From: Tetramitus jugosus
Taxonomy: Eukaryota > Protista > Heterolobosea
Direction of reading: 5' to 3'
Assembly (NCBI GenBank): GCA_937625935.1
Contig: OW569384.1
Location: forward strand, 368,433-432,432
DNA: 64,000 bases
The notes beneath the pieces are model-generated. The model saw only the letters and a list, made by a program, of their open reading frames with translations. It did no database searches and had not been told where the DNA came from. Positions 34,982 to 47,390 of this stretch are shown piece by piece (position 1 is the first letter of the stretch; every line of letters starts with the position of its first letter). Both the position numbers and the translations under genes were made by a program.

Positions 34982-37192
34982 TTATTGTTGTGGTTGTTGG
35001 ACGAGCAACATTTGAATAATGTTGTCCAGTGCATGATCAATTCCATCACCACTATCGTCCTCACTGAGGTGGTGGTCAGCATAGGACAGAGACATCTCTT
35101 GTCGCTTGGATTGATGAGCAATGCGGAACCAGGATCCATTGGTGTGTCTTCTGCTGTGTGGTGTGAGATAGAATGCAACACAGTATGGCACACAACTCTC
35201 AATCAATGGCAAATTCCAAAACTCGTCACACTTGCCACTCTGTCCCCAGTACTCCAAATGATAGAGGAATCGAGTGCTAGTGATGGTACAGATGGGATAC
35301 ATGAGAAACAGTCCCACAATAGGCACACAACCAATCAAGGACTGTGCCAATCCCATGCCCACAATCAACCACAAGTGATTCCAAACTGTTCTCTGCTGTT
35401 CCCAGATGTTGTACGACTTTTCATCAAAAATGACATCGAGTCCAATGAGTGCCGTATTGAGACCAGTGGAGAACAAGAAGCAACACAGAGAGACAACAAT
35501 ACCAAATCCTGGAATCAACAGAGCAAACAGTGCACCGATACCATTGGTGAACAAGACACTCATCAGGAATCGAATCGCAATTCTTCTCAAATTTCTCTTC
35601 AACTTGTTTCGCACATAGAATTTGCAATAGTGAACAAAATCGTTCCAAATGAATTGCCACGTGAGTTGTTCATTGTTCAACATGGATTGATTGCTATTAT
35701 TGTTATTATTGTCACTCATGCCCATGTTGACATTGTCCATCATGACAGATGCAAAATTTTGCTTGACAAATGATTTCATATGACCAGTGAGCATTGACTG
35801 TAAATCTTTGCTATGGTGGTGGTGCTGCTGCTGCTGTTCTTGTTTTCTCTGTTGTGGTGTTCGATTGGGTGCTACTGGTGATGATGATAATGATGATGAT
35901 GATGATTGTACAGGTGATTGCAACTCTTGTGCATCCATTGTCAAATCATGATTCAATCTGTTCATTTGATCTCTAATCTCATTCTTCAATTGATTGTGCA
36001 CGACTCTGACATAAAACTTGAATGAATAGTCCAGAATCATCTTACAGGGCAAGTACACAACCAGAAACAGAATCATCATGTACAGTGTGCATGCCACCAT
36101 GACTGTCAACACCCACAGCATAATGTAATTGTAGGGTAGGACAAGCAGGAATCGATGCCACTCTTTGGCTTGTGCACCCAATGGTCTACTCCAAATACCG
36201 TACTGAACAGTCAAGTAACCACACAGCACTCCCATACCCAACACAAACAACAGTGTTGCACCAATGAACAATGAGTGAATCAACCAGAACAATACTAGTT
36301 TTTTAATGGACATGACTGATTTGTTGTTGTTGTTGTTGAGTGAAGACAGGGAAAAGGATGATGATGAATGACGATTGAATTGAATGTGCAATAGTGATTG
36401 AAGAGTGTGCATTGTGTACATGAATCCCTTGTACAGTTGAATGAGAAAGAGTGAATGCTTGGTAATCTTGTTCTGTTCAAAGTAGGTCAGATAGGATGAA
36501 GAGGATGAAGGTGAATCACCAGATAACAAGTGTTCTTCATATTGTTCCATCATTAACAATTGATCCTCTACGTCATTATTGGTGTTGGTGTTGGTGTTGG
36601 TGGTTGTTGTGATTGCTTCCATGTCATTCATGTCATTCATGTCATTATTGTATTCAATTGTTGTTGTTGTTGTTGTTGTTGGATTGTAATGATGATAGGA
36701 TTGTTGTTGTTGTTGTTGTTGGTCAAGAGGAACATGTGATGATGACTGTAGAACAAATGAGTCTTCTTCTCCCTGTAATACTGTTGATTGTTGTTGCTGT
36801 TGTTTAGATAGTAACAAGTGATAGGGAATGGGTGGAGGTGGTACTTGAGAAGAAGAGGTTGGGACATTGGTTCCACTATGGTGCTGGTGCTGGTGGTGGT
36901 GATAATAATTCAAATCATCTTCATTGTATGGATTAAATGAGTGAACAGGTGGTTGTACAATGGGTAATGATGATGATGAAGATAAATAAGGTTGTTCTTG
37001 TTGTTGTTGTTGTTGAATATGATAATGGTTGTTGTTGTTGTTGTTGCTGTCTTTGGAGAAGAGAGAAGTCGTGTTTATTTGTGTGGATGAAGGTGATAGT
37101 GATGAGAATGGGGATGATGGGTTAGGGTGATGGTAATAATGATCATCATCATCATTATTGTCATCCTGATTGTTGTTGGGATGATGACTCAT
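34982..37192 (-). CDS. EI24/CysZ-like multi-pass membrane protein with a long low-complexity N-terminus
   Basis: C-terminal LIPGFG..GLDVIFD.K....EQ....W.H....G.G.....CVPIVGLFL.P pattern typical of the EI24 family. Confidence 0.6.
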   Translation of the reverse strand: MSHHPNNNQDDNNDDDDHYYHHPNPSSPFSSLSPSSTQINTTSLFSKDSNNNNNNHYHIQQQQQQEQPYLSSSSSLPIVQPPVHSFNPYNEDDLNYYHHHQHQHHSGTNVPTSSSQVPPPPIPYHLLLSKQQQQQSTVLQGEEDSFVLQSSSHVPLDQQQQQQQSYHHYNPTTTTTTTIEYNNDMNDMNDMEAITTTTNTNTNTNNDVEDQLLMMEQYEEHLLSGDSPSSSSSYLTYFEQNKITKHSLFLIQLYKGFMYTMHTLQSLLHIQFNRHSSSSFSLSSLNNNNNKSVMSIKKLVLFWLIHSLFIGATLLFVLGMGVLCGYLTVQYGIWSRPLGAQAKEWHRFLLVLPYNYIMLWVLTVMVACTLYMMILFLVVYLPCKMILDYSFKFYVRVVHNQLKNEIRDQMNRLNHDLTMDAQELQSPVQSSSSSLSSSPVAPNRTPQQRKQEQQQQHHHHSKDLQSMLTGHMKSFVKQNFASVMMDNVNMGMSDNNNNNSNQSMLNNEQLTWQFIWNDFVHYCKFYVRNKLKRNLRRIAIRFLMSVLFTNGIGALFALLIPGFGIVVSLCCFLFSTGLNTALIGLDVIFDEKSYNIWEQQRTVWNHLWLIVGMGLAQSLIGCVPIVGLFLMYPICTITSTRFLYHLEYWGQSGKCDEFWNLPLIESCVPYCVAFYLTPHSRRHTNGSWFRIAHQSKRQEMSLSYADHHLSEDDSGDGIDHALDNIIQMLLVQQPQQ

Positions 37193-37484
37193 GATGATTG
37201 TTGCGTGTGTGTGAATGATGGTTGTTGTTTTTCAAAGTTTTTCTTTTTGTTCAGTTTGTTTCGGTCGTTCTGATGTTGATTGAACTCGCACGCACTCTAT
37301 TTGTGGGATGCAGTTCCATAGTGCAAGTTTCTGAGGTGGACGAAGAAACATGGACGGGATGACCGGCTGCTCATCATCCAAATACCAGAAAAAAAAGGCA
37401 GCACGAATCAGAAAATAACACCAAATCTCAACACCACAGGTCTGTCACCCCACCCCCCAAGACTCACAAACATTTCACAAACAA

Positions 37485-37981
37485 ATGAAGAGAAAACTAT
37501 TGTTGTCAACAACAACAACAACGAATCATCATAATGCAATGTTCAGTAGTAGTAATAGTAGTAACAGTAGTAGTAGTGGTACTTCCTCCCCTGTATCATC
37601 TCCCACGAGCTCTACTAGTGGTTCACCATCATCTCCACAAACCTATCATCATCATCCTTCGACCACTACGATGATGATCTCATCACCATCATCATGTCTC
37701 AGGAGAAAATCTTCAGCAGCAGTAGCAACAACATCGTCATCATCATTAGTATCTCTGCTCAGATTGTGGCTCTATTTGCTGCTCTTTCTCTTCTTTTCAC
37801 TATTTGTATTTTTGTATTTCAACAACAACAACAATAATAATAATAATAATAACAATAATAGAAGCAACAACAAGAACAAGGGTCATCCTGCAACATACAA
37901 CAAGAATCGTGGTCATGTCTCTCGCAGTAGTACATCAACAACAACAGCAACAACAACCGTTATTCACAAATCATCTCTGCT

Positions 37982-38021
<40 letters not shown>

Positions 38022-39743
38022 GAGAATGACAGTAATACAATAGATCCACAACAAGTAGAATTGAATCGAATAATAGAAGAATATTATCACAATAACACGA
38101 ATCGTCACAGTCATTTTAATAATAATAATCATAACAGTAACAGTAATAGTAATAATAATAGTAAGAACACTCCATCTTCTTCTCTTCATCATGTTCAAGT
38201 GCAGTATGGCATGAGTGGATCCTATCCCGTGTCATTTGATTGGCATGTTCGATACATTCCCACAAGAACAACTACTACTGACAAGGGTCACGACACGATT
38301 CATGATAATGACAATAATAGCAATGATGATGGTGATGATGGTGATGGCAATGATGATCAAGTATTGCTATTGGCAGTGGATCAATTGACAAACAACATTT
38401 ATGAAACAAGAATCACCTACAATGATTTACAACAATTGAAATTTGATGATGCATCATCAAATTGTATTCATCATGATCATCATAATAAGAATAACAATGA
38501 TAACAATGATAATAATAGTAATAGTAGTAGTAATAGTAATAGTAATAGTAGTAGTAGTAGGAAGCAATGTCTTGTTGAATCATTCTTTCAATTCATACTC
38601 GATTCATTCAAAGATGAAATGATATCATGTGAATACATTCGATTGACACTTGCACAACAAAATGTCAATCCACATGACAATAACTATTATGAACATGAGA
38701 GAGTTCCATTGATTCACGGTTCATTGTACAATGCATTGAAACTCTCTATTGATATGATTAGAACTACTACTACTACGAATACGACTACGACTACTACTAA
38801 TGCGAATATGACTGATCAGAGTGGTAGTGGTGATACAAGTGATCATGATGATGCATCATCAACCTTATTATTGAATGAATCATTGGATCACGTGAACAAG
38901 GACAAGAAGAAGAAGCAGCAGCAGCATAGAAAACAGTATTGGTTTGTGTTGAAACGACTTCCCTATCTATGGTCAATGATGACTACCACTACTACTGCCA
39001 ACAATATTAATAATGGAAATAATTATAATAATAATCATGGTCAATACATTCATGCATCACCCATGCAATCTATTACTCTCCTATCATCACAAATCAATCG
39101 TCGTCATCATCATTATCATCATGAGGATGATAATGTTGACAATAATAAGAAAAGCAGCACCGCTACTAGTAGTAATAGTAGCAGTCGTCGTAGTGGCAGT
39201 GGAGCGATGGATGCAACTCGTATTCACAACACCATTGTCAATCACATTGATCGTCATGATTATGTGAATTATGACTCTAATGACGCTTCAAAATTCACGT
39301 ACATGAAAAGAGGTAGACTGTACATGAAAGAGAAGCGATATGAAATGGTGACGCTTCAATCTTCATTCACTGGTCAATACATTCTGCATCTGAACTATTG
39401 GTTTCATTATTATCACCATCCATTAACATCATCATCGTCATCATCGAATCGCTTCTTGTCATCCCCTCAATATCGCTTCTATTTGAAAGTGGACTCTGGT
39501 GTCGATATCAATCTATTGACAAGTGATCAGCATCATCATCATCATCATACTCAACCTCATACTGAAGTTGATGAAGGCAGACATTATAAGAGTTTGAAAG
39601 AGAGACCAGGATGGCCACAGGAACACGTGGTAGTTGTGCACTTGTTTGATGACAGTGTTCTGTCATTGTATTTTGAAACCAATGACGTGACACCTGAATT
39701 CTACTTTGAGAATTTTACAATGTACCTAAACAGGTCATTTTGA
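37485..39743 (+). CDS. Hypothetical type II membrane protein, extremely rich in N/Q/T/S/H runs
   Basis: 752-aa ORF; single TM LWLYLLLFLFFSLFVFLYF followed by globular segments interrupted by homopolymers. Confidence 0.65.
37982..38021 (+). repeat. Coding (CAA)n microsatellite (poly-Q); similar perfect (ACA)n tract at about 34040-34080 (poly-T)
   Basis: Uninterrupted trinucleotide runs read directly from the sequence. Confidence 0.85.
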
Positions 39744-40103
39744 AGATCGTGTAACAGAAACAATCAGAGTTAGCATCTAGGTAGATAGAAATTTGATTCA
39801 TGCTTAATGTCACCTGTAGATTGACCGAACAGACTGACGAGCTAGTGTGCTGATCTGGCGAGCAAAACACACACGTGTGCCCAAGATATCACACCGGCGA
39901 ATTAAAAAACGTTACAAATTTTACGGTTTCACAGAGCCAATGTCGCCGTTTCATTTTTCATTCAACAGGAAATCACATTTGAAACACGACCAAGCATTTC
40001 TAAATCATTATCCAGTGATCATAAAGCAGGATAGAGCTAAATCATGCACTCTGTCCGATCATCCCCCAGTGTAGCAACACCCACTCCATCCTCCCAGAGG
40101 AAG

Positions 40104-43100
40104 ATGGGTTACCACCAACAACAACAGACATCCATCGATGAAGAGGTATGTTCATTCTTAGTCGATCTGGAAGTTCTTGTATCAATCATTGGCGTGGCCA
40201 CTAATCCACAATACAATCTCTAAAGATTGATTGCATGAAAAATATTGAGGAAAGCTTAACAAGTTCATTGAAAGCTATTACCCATTTTGCTGATACTTTG
40301 TATCAAGAAAGAGATTTGTTGAGAGAGGATTTCGAGGAAGAAATTGATAACTATGAAGAGATTCTAAAATTGAGCAGAATGAAATTTAATGAAAAATTTA
40401 ACTCTCTTATTTTACCTTGTATTGATGAAGTATTAGAGTGCTTTCAATTAGCTGTTACGTTGCTTGGAAGGTGAGTTTTCCCTTTTTTTGCTGCAAAGAA
40501 TAATGGATCATTTGACTCTGACTTTTGTATCTTCAGCGATCCGGATCCACTCCGCATTCAGATGATTGTATTTGATAATACACCTGAGTTTGTGGCAACA
40601 CTTCTAGCATTTGTTGCGGTTCCTATTCCCTTTAGAACAAATCCTGACTTCAATGTGAGTATACTGACTCAGAAAACAGAAGGCATATTCTTGAACTTGA
40701 AGGTGTATGCCCTCAAAACTTTGACAAAATTCATAAGCATATGCTCCTATGAAGCAGCAAACATGTATGAAGATGAAGAGTAAGTTTCCTCTGAACTTTC
40801 ATTTCAATTTCTTCGAGTCGAGATCAAACGATGTTAATGATCCTTTTTGTGCAGAGAGGCATCCAGAAATATTGCAAAAGAATGTGCTGAATGTGTAGTA
40901 GAGGGACAAGGTTTAGAAGTGTTACTAAATTTCTTGGAGATTGATGAGAATGAATCAGTGAGAGTTGCAATTGCTGAAGCTCTTTTTTTCTTTATTGTTA
41001 GAAATGAAGTGGGAAGATTGGCTGTTGTGATTCAAAGAGGAATTACAACATTTGCTAGTTGTCTCGAAATCGAAACATCTGCTGTGATTAGGAGTTATTA
41101 TTGTGCAATATTAAGGGAACTTGGTTCTGTGTATCCTGAAGAGTTGCTGAAGGAAGAAATGATAACAGTATGTGATTTTATGCAACATGTAACATACCCC
41201 ACATGCCCAACATTCTGACGCATTTTCTTAGACTGCCAGCAAATTGTTAAATATTGACCCTTCTCCCGAAGTACGGGCCCTATCAGCTGAGATTTTGGAA
41301 GTATTGTTTAGAGGAGATCCTAGATCAATCAGATATCTGGATGAGAGCCAAATCGACTTGGTGACAATATTGAACGACAAGCTCATGCAAGATCAAAGTA
41401 GAGAAGTACTAGAAGCTATATGTAAACTACTAGAAACACTCTTTAGTCTCAAAGCACGCTTATTCATGAACAAGTTCATTCAAGTTGGAGGTTGGAGAGC
41501 TTTTATAAGATGTTTGAAAAACTGCAGTGTACGACCAGCATCACTCGCTATGAGAGCGCTTAGATGTTTACTTCAAAATGCTGATTACAACAACATGTTA
41601 GGAAAAACGATATCTTCTCATTTCTCTTCACTTTCGGTGTTATTGAAAGCTGCAATGGAGCAAGAAGAGAAAACTATGAAGAAACATTCGATTGCCCACA
41701 AGTTGTTGAAGGTCGAACTTGCTACCTGCTTAGGTCTAATATTTGCTCAAAATCCTGAGTGTAGAAGACATGTGCATAGTCAGCTCAGAGCTTTCCCAGT
41801 ATGGATGGCTTCTTTGAGGTCTGCCCTCCTCAAAAACTTATCACTAGCAGAAATGGACTATTACAGCAACATTTCGATTGTTGACTTCTCAGGTACATCA
41901 CTTATCACCGCTTTTCAAGTTGACGGGCCGGAGGGACCGGCAATCAAACTTCTCTTCATGGAGCAAGAAAGTCGTTACGAGTTAATGCAGAGTCAATCTT
42001 ACTACGAAGGTGATATTAAGAGAGAAATCAAATATGAGACCAACGAGTGCTCCATTGGAAAGATTGCCTCGTATATTTTCAGTTACGCTATCCATTTGAC
42101 ATTAAGTCCTTCAGAATATGAATCAGATAGAACGCCAAGGTCAAACTTAACTTCTCCTTTCACAAGCAGCCCAAGTACCATGAAAACCGGAGATAGTTTT
42201 GACAACGAAGATAGCGTCCATACTATGGAAGAAATTCGATCTCCCAATCACTTGTCATTGTACAATGAACAAAAGAGAGAAATGTCTCCCTTTAAGACAA
42301 TATCCCATAGTCTTGCGGAGAGCAGAACTGCCTTTTACTCTCAAGGAAGGAAAATACCAAGGACTCCTGGGGGATCTGACATAACAATCCGCCTCGCCGA
42401 CACGAGACATAACGTTGATAATGAAAATTTATCAGCAAGTGATTTTGCAATGTCAGACTCCTCAGATCGAAGATCAAATCAACCCCTTTTCCATAATTTC
42501 ATACCGAGAGATGGCTTTTTAGCTGACACAGAGTTTGAAATTCAATCAACTGTTTCAAGGGAAGGTAGTGAATTTAATCTGCAACCTCGAAAGAATAGAT
42601 ATATTTCTAATTTTCAAGAAGGAAATATTGAGTTTGAATACTCTCCTCAGTATCCTCCCCATGATGTCACTGAATCTGTAAGTGAACATATGCTTAGAAG
42701 GAAGAAGAAATCCCCTCCAGTGAAAACTCCTGCTCAAGTTCAGATGGAAAATGCAATGGTTCTCGCTAAAAAATTCGGTTCATATTACCTGGATGAGAAA
42801 GCGGTAAAGAGAAAGGAAAGAGCAGAGAAGAAATTCTTGGAAGCATATCGAATCCAATCTAGTCCATCTAGGTCCCCCTTCTCGAAGAATTCCATTAACA
42901 CTGGGGATGGCTTCGTGATGAGAAAGTACAATCCCTCACCTTCCCCACAAAAACTACAAAAATCCTGGACTGATACAGACGTGAAAGAAGGAGATCTATT
43001 CACCTTCGAAATCCCATTTGAAGACTGTAGAGTATCATCACTTGAAGCCCTAGCTCAAAAAGTCAGAAGGCATCAAAAAACAATCAAGAAGTACTTTATT

Positions 43101-43748
43101 ACTTGTCCCCAGGGTACTAATGCGAAAGGAAGAAGAACTTTCTTATCGGACATGGATAAGAACATTATGCCCAGAATATTAGAAACTATTACCGAACTAA
43201 CCAATTTGGCTCGCGAGAATGGTGAGGAAAGAGTTAAAATGACACTCTACTTGTGGCACGGAAGAGAGAGGGGCCACAGAACTTTACATAACAGGAACAT
43301 ACTTGACATAATTGCGTTTGTTAAGGAATACTTGGCAAGTCATAGTCCAGATAAGGACTTCAGCGAAACAGAAAATTTCTTGTCAGATTCTGAGTTGGAT
43401 CATGAAGAACAGAGAGACATGTCTGACGAAGAAAGAGATGTCCAGGTTGTGAGACAGATTTCTCAACAACACTCCAACTCTCCATTTGTCACTCTCCAAC
43501 AAGATGAATACCCACTCGAAGAACAAGAAAATCTTGATGACTTGGACGAGGAAGTACCTAACCAAGAGTTTGCATCTCACACAGAAGTGCCCACCTCCAC
43601 AGACAGACCGGAGAGAAAGAGAATTGTTTCGGACAACATGTATGGTATCGTCCCGGAAGATCAACAACAAGAGCAAACAATTACAGAGATTCTCATTCGT
43701 CCCAGTGAGGTCTCATTTGGTCTCACCCAAGACTTGCAGGATGAGTGA
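40104..43748 (+). CDS. Large ARM/HEAT-repeat protein; 5 exons (40104-40145, 40226-40470, 40537-40779, 40855-41167, 41232-43748)
   Basis: Four GT..AG introns (80, 66, 75, 64 nt) join the small ORFs in frame; ARM-like GLEVLLNFL..VRVAIAEAL and GGWRAFIRCL; S-rich and acidic C-terminal half. Confidence 0.7.
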
Positions 43749-43987
43749 GACTCACACTTACTGACGACGAGTAAAAAATTGATTTTGTAAACTAGGGTTA
43801 CAACAACAGTCGCAAAATAAGTAAAAATAGCTTGTTCGATCAAAAATTACCGAAGCTGCATGAGAAGGCATACACCACCAAAGCTGCAGCTCCACAAAAG
43901 AAAAACACTCATTGCGTTCATCAATCACCATCATCATCATTGTATATAGACATCTTCTTCCCAAACAAACAACAACAAACAACAACA

Positions 43988-44827
43988 ATGAGCTTCTCTT
44001 CCAATCAACTGGATTCCATCCTCAGTGCATCCTACTCACAATTCACCAGTGATCCATCATTGAACTCATCCATCAATGACCTGTTGCCACCCAATCTCTA
44101 TGAAGACGAGGGATTTGTGCTGCCACCGAACAACAACAATGAAGGATTCTTGGATCAGGAGAAGAAAATCTCGCAACACTACAACAAGGGTACCACCACA
44201 CTCGGTTTCGTATTCAACAAGGGCATTGTCATTGCAGTGGACAGTCGTGCATCCATGGGATCCTACATTTCCTCTCAATCCGTCAAGAAGGTCATTGAGA
44301 TCAATCCCTACTTGTTGGGAACGATGGCCGGTGGTGCTGCTGATTGTCAATTTTGGGAGAGATACTTGGGCATGCAGTGTCGATTGTACGAATTGAGAAA
44401 CAAGAGACGTATCTCTGTTGCTGCCGCTAGCAAAATTCTGTGTAATATTGTTTATTCGTACAAGGGTTATGATCTCAGTATGGGTACGATGATTGCTGGA
44501 TGGGATCACACGGGCCCTAATCTGTTCATGGTGGACAATGATGGCACACGTCTCAAGGGAACTCGTTTCTCTGTTGGATCTGGTAGCATGTACGCGTATG
44601 GTGTGTTGGATCAGGGCTATAGACCTGATATGAGCGAAGAGGAGGCTTGTGAACTTGGTAGAAGAGCCATCTTCCACGCCACTCACAGAGATGCCTACTC
44701 TGGTGGTGTGATCAACGTGTATTTGATTAGAGAGGACGGATGGACCAAGATTAGTTCCACAGATATGGACAAGTTGCTGCCTAGATATTTGCCAGAACTC
44801 TCTGTTCCTCAACAAACACAACAATAA
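43988..44827 (+). CDS. PSMB5: 20S proteasome subunit beta-5
   Basis: Propeptide then G|[56 protein letters not shown]. Confidence 0.97.
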   Translation: MSFSSNQLDSILSASYSQFTSDPSLNSSINDLLPPNLYEDEGFVLPPNNNNEGFLDQEKKISQHYNKGTTTLGFVFNKGIVIAVDSRASMGSYISSQSVKKVIEINPYLLGTMAGGAADCQFWERYLGMQCRLYELRNKRRISVAAASKILCNIVYSYKGYDLSMGTMIAGWDHTGPNLFMVDNDGTRLKGTRFSVGSGSMYAYGVLDQGYRPDMSEEEACELGRRAIFHATHRDAYSGGVINVYLIREDGWTKISSTDMDKLLPRYLPELSVPQQTQQ

Positions 44828-44934
44828 ATTTTCAATTCGTTAGATTTTACTGGGCGAAACATGCTTCTCGGAATTATACGACTCGGGGACTTTTGAAGGA
44901 AAAATTGTTTTATTAATGTTCTTCACAAATTGTC

Positions 44935-46920
44935 TTATTGAGCTGATTGAACTGTGCTCATGTTGAAGGAGATGTCTGCATCGGAATCAAAAGCCCATAC
45001 AATGCCTCTCTTGTCACTGCTTTCGATGATTCTTGAATCACCGAGCAAAATGGTTCTCACTTCATCCCACATTTGATCTGTCAAATCAAAGCGCTCCACC
45101 AAATTTTGTCTCAAGTTGTCTCTGAGATGCACTGCCAATAGTGATTTCTTTGTTTGTAATGCCTTGAACACAGCGTTCACAGTGTAGTTGAGATTCTTGG
45201 CATACTCGCGTTTTCTTTGAGCAACAATGTTAGCAAAGATCAATCCAGCGATCACAACAAACAGGGCAGTGATATGATACTGGTATGTGGCAGCAGTCTT
45301 GCGAACTCTGCACACAATGTTCATGTTTGGATTGGTGCTGAATGCAACAAACTCTTGTTCGTTGCCCTCGACTTGAAGTTGCAAGTTTTGTGAAGATTCC
45401 TTCATCAGTTGATATGCTTCTTTGAAAGCAGCATCGAACAACGCCTGGTCCAACACTTCTTGAGTGTCCTCCTCACTGTACATCTTGATATTCAACAAGG
45501 CATGCAAGTCTGTATTGTTCAATCGGTCATTCACGAGTTGACCGCATTCCTTCTTTCCTGCCAAATCAGACAACTCTTGTTGCATGAATGAAATCATCTT
45601 CATGGCAGCGTTGACAACCTTTTCATTCTTGACACAAATGGCATTCTTGATGATGAATGGATCCTCGCACTTCAAAAGTCTTCCCTGTGCACAGTAACCA
45701 TGAGTTGGACATGGCTGACAATCAGTAGTTCTAGTGAATCCGAGCAATCCCTGTGTAGTCACAGTGGATGAACTGCTGTTTGTTTTGAGAAGGGTGCCAT
45801 CAACCTCAGTGTCACAGTATGGTGGACCACGAGGCACAGAAGGATCATACACACTTCCAAAAATGACCAGATAACTGGCAATGATCAAAATGATCCACAT
45901 GAGACCGACCAATGAACCAACAAAGCACTTTCTGAAACTGAAAGAGTCATCCACTTCCTCAACAAATTGAGAAACATCAATATTGGTCAATCCGTTGCCT
46001 CCGATACTGATACGGGAGACATTACCAGGCAACAGAGAAAGTCTAGCTTGTTGTCTACTACCACCACCACTAATCGTGCTCAAATTTCCACTGCTCTTGC
46101 GCCCACTGCTCAAAATGTGTCTTGGAGTGGAGAGACCAGGTGAAATGACTTGTTGATCAGGTGAGAGATCACCACGAGAGATGGGACTGGCTGCTACAGT
46201 CGATGGAGACACCATCATGGATGGTGATTTTGCAGCATTTGCAGTTGCACTACTTGTTGATTTCAATGGAGATTCACCATCAATCACAACTGGAGCAGGT
46301 TGAGACAATTTGGATTGGAGTGATGCACTAATGACACCAACTGGTTTCACAGCATTCACTGGTCTTCTTCTCATTTCAGAAGTAGTGGCAGCAGTGGTAG
46401 ATTGAGGCACATCGGCTACAGTGGTCCGTCTCACACTTGTATCATCCCTTTCACCACTTGCACCACTGCCAACAGTAGTCAACAAGGGTTGATTGGACAC
46501 ATCAACTGCAATACTGTGACGATTAATAGGCTGGACGTTGGTCATGACTTCATCGTCATCATCTTCACCTTCCTGTGATGGAGCATTGATATCGACTGTT
46601 TGTTTCGTTTTCTTGCTTGGTCTACTCACTGCTGCTGATGATGATGATGATGTTTCTTCTTCATCATTGAATGGCAATGAAGTAGGTGTCATCTCTCTTG
46701 GTCTCTTCTTGTTGCTGTTGTTGTTGAGTGATGATGGTGGAGGTGTTTGATCCTGTTGTTGCTTCTCCTTTAGTGTCTGCTTGTACAATTGAAAATAAAA
46801 ATCCTTGTTTTGGTCAGTGGGGGGCAGAGTGACATGGAGACTAGTCAGTCTCTGCTTCAATTCCGCAATGGTAAAATTCTTGGCCAGAAGAGTGTCTGGA
46901 TCGACTGTCAATTGACTCAT
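44935..46920 (-). CDS. Inner nuclear membrane Man1/Src1/Heh-type protein (LEM-like/HeH, two TMs, MSC domain)
   Basis: N-terminal ELKQRLTSLHVTLP..DQNKDFY.QLY; luminal YCD..C.PCP.HG.C..C; second TM; C-terminal HLRD.L...WDEV......DSRI......W. Confidence 0.85.
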   Translation of the reverse strand: MSQLTVDPDTLLAKNFTIAELKQRLTSLHVTLPPTDQNKDFYFQLYKQTLKEKQQQDQTPPPSSLNNNSNKKRPREMTPTSLPFNDEEETSSSSSAAVSRPSKKTKQTVDINAPSQEGEDDDDEVMTNVQPINRHSIAVDVSNQPLLTTVGSGASGERDDTSVRRTTVADVPQSTTAATTSEMRRRPVNAVKPVGVISASLQSKLSQPAPVVIDGESPLKSTSSATANAAKSPSMMVSPSTVAASPISRGDLSPDQQVISPGLSTPRHILSSGRKSSGNLSTISGGGSRQQARLSLLPGNVSRISIGGNGLTNIDVSQFVEEVDDSFSFRKCFVGSLVGLMWIILIIASYLVIFGSVYDPSVPRGPPYCDTEVDGTLLKTNSSSSTVTTQGLLGFTRTTDCQPCPTHGYCAQGRLLKCEDPFIIKNAICVKNEKVVNAAMKMISFMQQELSDLAGKKECGQLVNDRLNNTDLHALLNIKMYSEEDTQEVLDQALFDAAFKEAYQLMKESSQNLQLQVEGNEQEFVAFSTNPNMNIVCRVRKTAATYQYHITALFVVIAGLIFANIVAQRKREYAKNLNYTVNAVFKALQTKKSLLAVHLRDNLRQNLVERFDLTDQMWDEVRTILLGDSRIIESSDKRGIVWAFDSDADISFNMSTVQSAQ

Positions 46921-47390
46921 TGTGCGTATAATGTGAATAAATGATGCTGAGATTGATCTTTTATTTTTCTGAGCGGTTTATTTGTTGTTTTGTGGCGGTT
47001 CTGGTGGTGGACAAAAAGTTTTTTGGCTCCAAAAAATTTGTGATCAACGGCAGGTCAGTTTTTTTGTGGAATGACACGAAGGATGCCGTTACAAAAGACG
47101 GAGTTGAGCAAATGTAAGAAACGAAATTTATGTGAATAAAAAGTTGTTTATTTTTTTTGGATGGGGTAGTATGGAACAGAGGTTGGTGTATGTTTCAACA
47201 AAATTGTGTGTGTGTTTGAAGAGAGTCTCCTGATTACTTTCCTACCTAAAAGAGACCAAAAGTGAGCCTGTTTTGGTGAAGGAATCGTATGGCGATCGTC
47301 ATTATCCCAATGCAGTCAATGATCAATCATCTTTCATCACAGAAGCTAGCAGATGAATCTTTGAATATCAATAATATTGACTGACACTCA

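Noticed and set aside
44066-44824. Long antisense ORFs opposite PSMB5 (also 31969-32550 opposite Ran, 34985-35773, 25491-26147 and 47499-47855)
   Set aside because: Shadow ORFs produced by codon bias or trinucleotide repeats of well-supported genes; no protein motifs
47220-47390. Hairpin and TGATGA/ATGA motifs 3' of H2A.Z (SECIS, snoRNA or histone stem-loop)
   Set aside because: No in-frame TGA selenoprotein nearby, no D box, and no match to the histone stem-loop consensus
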